A stretch of DNA of 55,948 nt, filler included, from Catajapyx aquilonaris (Eukaryota), in the NCBI GenBank assembly GCA_000934665.2. It is 3 parts of 3 records of this genome, joined end to end, with 100 filler letters (N's around TTAATTAATTAA, not from the genome) between each part and the next. Parts side by side here need not be neighbours in the genome. Positions count along the whole stretch, not along the records: positions 37,329 to 55,948 come from JYFJ02006666.1; 2 more parts are not named here. One strand, given 5' to 3'. Both the position numbers and the translations under genes were made by a program. Each line of letters starts with the position of its first letter. The first letter of the stretch is position 1. The notes beneath the pieces are model-generated. The model was not told where the DNA came from and did not search any database. It saw only the letters and a list, made by a program, of their open reading frames with translations. Positions 53,051-55,948 of this stretch are shown piece after piece.

Positions 53051-54047
53051 TATTTTTGTGTATCTTGTTGCGCCTCAATCGAGGTTCTATGCAACAAGCT
53101 ACAAAAAAAGTAACAGCTGCAAGCAATTTCCTATAACTACTGGAACACCCTGCATAGATAGGTTGGAACAAAAGTCATAGCATGTATTTTAAAATTCAAA
53201 CATCTGAATCTCTGCAGTGATGGACAGCATGTTCTAGTTGATGTAATAAAAATATTATGAATAGGTAGCAAAGGATGTCAGGAAACTAAAACATAGTGAC
53301 ACCCCTAGACAACTAAGGTGACACCCACAACTACCATTGCTCTAAACCATGCTCTAAACAGTGTGAAACATGAGAATAGCAACATAAAGTGCTCTTCATT
53401 AGAGGTCCTCAGTGGAATCACCAAGGTTGTGTGTGACTTTTTTCCACTTTGGCCCCATGCACTGAAGTGATGGAGCACACTGGTCTTCCATTTAAAAACA
53501 CCCACACACACCACTTACTTTTCCAGGCATTTCTTTAAGGCGGCACAGTAGCAAAAATACGGTAGGCGCATTTCGTAGGGAACTTAATTTTTTTGTCGTG
53601 AAACTCATCGTATCTGGAAAACCATGAACTAGGTGCCCTGTGCAAAGGTTTGGCCCTTACAATGATACCATACTCGACACGATTGCATTGAAATTGTGGA
53701 CATACAGCCACAGAAACGTGTCCAATTTTTTCGCTATTCCTGTTGGCATGTTATGCAAATGGACTTTTTGGAGACGCCGTTTTTTGGTTGACTTTAATTC
53801 GCCATAAGGTCATTTCTAGGCAGAAAAAGGAAAAAAAGACAAACTAGGTGCCCTGCACCAGATCATCTATACTATTTTTTGGTGCAATTTCTGTGTCGAT
53901 TGAACCATTTAAGGCCATATGGCCACAGAAATGTAGGCAATGTCGAATCCTCCTATGCTGCATGCATAAACAAAGTTTGGGTCATCGCCAGGGACACTAA
54001 TTGTCACAGGAGGGATAAGAGGCTCGAGGCGTGTCTCTAAGGTTCAA

Positions 54048-54120
54048 GAGGCATATACTCATCCAGGTCACTTGCAATTGACAAAGTCGATTGCGAGTGA
54101 CCTGGATGAGTATACGCCTC
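54048..54120. repeat. 73-nt near-perfect hairpin (mini-MITE-like)
   Basis: 35-bp stem with AAA loop and three mismatches. Confidence 0.85.
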
Positions 54121-54267
54121 TAGGTGTTGAGCTTGGCAAAGGTACAGGGATTGTTTGAGAGGGGACAACAAATACCTTCTGTTGTTGTACAACCATTCCA
54201 TAGGCTCACTTCGACAGCTATAGCTGCAGAGCCATCTGATTTACCATATTTTTGCTACTGCGCCATC

Positions 54268-54899
54268 TTAATAACTGTAACACGAATTAAGATATCTCAA
54301 GAAAATTTGATCTGAACTAACCTCATCATGTGAGAAAGGAAATGGCATCACAACATGTGCTGGAAATGATCACCATTTGCGTCCAGGCAGGCCTGAATGC
54401 GACTCCATATTTTGGAAGGTCCTGGCCAGCATGTCCTGAGGTACTGCATTAATTTCTTGGATGATGTTTTCTTTCAAGGCATTGAAGGGTCATGGTTTGT
54501 TTCTGTACACACACTCTTTCAGAAAACCCCATAAGAAGTAATCAGGTGGTGTAAGATCGGGCTTATATGCAGTGGCCAGTCCCTTCAAAATGAATCGGTT
54601 GCCGAAAAAGGACTGAATTTCAGCCAAGCTAATGTGTGATGTGTGCCATGTGTACCGAAACAAACCACAATCCATCGACGCCTTGAAAGAAAACATCATC
54701 CAAGAAATTCAGTCAGTGCAGTGCCTCAGGACATGCTGGCCAGGGCATTCCAAAATATGGAGTGTTGCATTCAGGCTCGCGTGGACACAAATGGTAGCCA
54801 TTTTCAGCACGTGTTGTGATGCCATTTCCTTTCTCACATAATGCGGTTAGTTCAGTTCAAATTTCGTTGCGATATCTTCATTTGTGTTAAAGTTATTAA
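54268..54899. pseudogene. Fold-back of a Tc1/mariner-superfamily transposase 3' end (arms ~54268-54510 and ~54650-54899)
   Basis: Minus strand reads PDLTPPDYFLWGFLKECVYRNKP; plus arm reads VYRNKPQSIDALKENIIQEI..MLARAFQNME..NGSHFQH. Confidence 0.85.
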
Positions 54900-54944
54900 A
54901 GAAATGCCAGTTAAAGTAGCTAGTGGGACTGTACAATGTTTCAA

Positions 54945-55430
54945 GGGTGGCATGGTGGTGTAGTAGTTATTGCCAAGGATTTCATCACTGAGGTCCTGCA
55001 TTTGAGCCCTGGTTTATGGTGGAGATCAATGTTATTCTCTCTGTGATCATGTGAGTTTTATCAGAATTCTTCCATTTCCTCCCACAATCAAAATCCATCA
55101 GCAGAGCAGGAACTACTTTATAATTGATATTAGGGAGGTTGGCCCAGCATTGCCTTTCAACCTCCAAGGATAGGGAAGGAAGGAAGCGGCTGTGGCCTAT
55201 TATACGGAAGCGACCCCGGAATTATCCTAGAAAGACGTGGAAAACCACAGAAAACCATGGTCAAGGTTGCCGGCCCCGGGATTCGAACCCAGGACCTCCC
55301 GATTAGCAGTCGGACGACTTATCCACCATGCCAACCTGCTTCGGTAGCAGAGCAGGAACTGAGAATAAATGCTGGAATTTAAAAGTGGAGCCCCTAAGAG
55401 GTCACAGGCCTATCAAAAGGTAACTAATAA

Positions 55431-55487
<57 letters not shown>
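54945..55487 (+). mobile_element. V-SINE-like copy with (ATT)n tail, interrupted by SINE family A
   Basis: Aligns with 39655-39918 on both sides of the insertion. Confidence 0.75.
55115..55345 (-). mobile_element. SINE family A, copy 3
   Basis: Near-identical to 5587-5816; perfect 15-bp TSD agcagagcaggaact at 55100-55114 and 55346-55360. Confidence 0.9.
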
Positions 55488-55488
<1 letters not shown>

Positions 55489-55948
55489 AGAATAATTTAA
55501 CAATTATAATAAATATTTCAAAATATTTCACATGCCAAATAATCTAATTTTCTGAATTCTCAACATACTGTACAGAGCATAAGGGTGGGGGGCACAAACA
55601 TAGTGAAACAAATCAGATTATATTAATCTTGTTATATTGTTGACAAGAAATAATCAACTATTAACAACAAGCACATTCAAGCCATCTGGATTTGTTTTAA
55701 TGAGTTTGGTACTCCCTGCCCAAAGAAGGTATGTGTGGATGTAGGTAAAACATGTTATGGTTGGTACCAAGAGCTTGTTGGTACTGACAAGGGAAGTGTC
55801 TGTAGGGCCATCGGCCAATCGGCCCGAAAGTGACACTAGGGGTAAATCGCAGGCCAGAAATTCATTGGTGAAAGTAAAAAGTTGCATTAGCCAGTCGTTT
55901 TCGAGATATGGGCGACTTTAGGTGCCCGGCAAACCTGCTCGGTGACAA

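Overview
Eukaryotic, almost certainly arthropod, genomic DNA with N-gaps. Two spliced protein-coding genes lie on the + strand. (1) About 5.3-13.4 kb: a vreteno-like piRNA-pathway gene with a degenerate RRM, a MYND finger, a ~300-aa RG/RGG-rich linker and three extended Tudor domains; six phase-consistent exons give 1200 aa and the 5' end is unresolved. (2) 43.7-51.1 kb: an ER class I alpha-1,2-mannosidase (MAN1B1-like, GH47); ten exons give 586 aa and the first coding exon is unresolved. Between them is ~30 kb with no recognisable protein gene but several candidate minus-strand first exons. The window is dense in MITEs (Tigger/pogo-, hAT-, Sola-, PIF-, Academ- and Transib-like) and four tRNA-SINE families, including a V-SINE-like one. 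The most striking pattern is three independent fold-backs with ~250-bp arms built from DNA-transposon sequence (AcademX-like C-terminus at 4.3-4.8 kb, mariner-like 5' end at 24.2-25.0 kb, Tc1/mariner C-terminus at 54.3-54.9 kb); these could template long hairpin RNAs against transposons. All family assignments are by eye and from memory; no searches were run.
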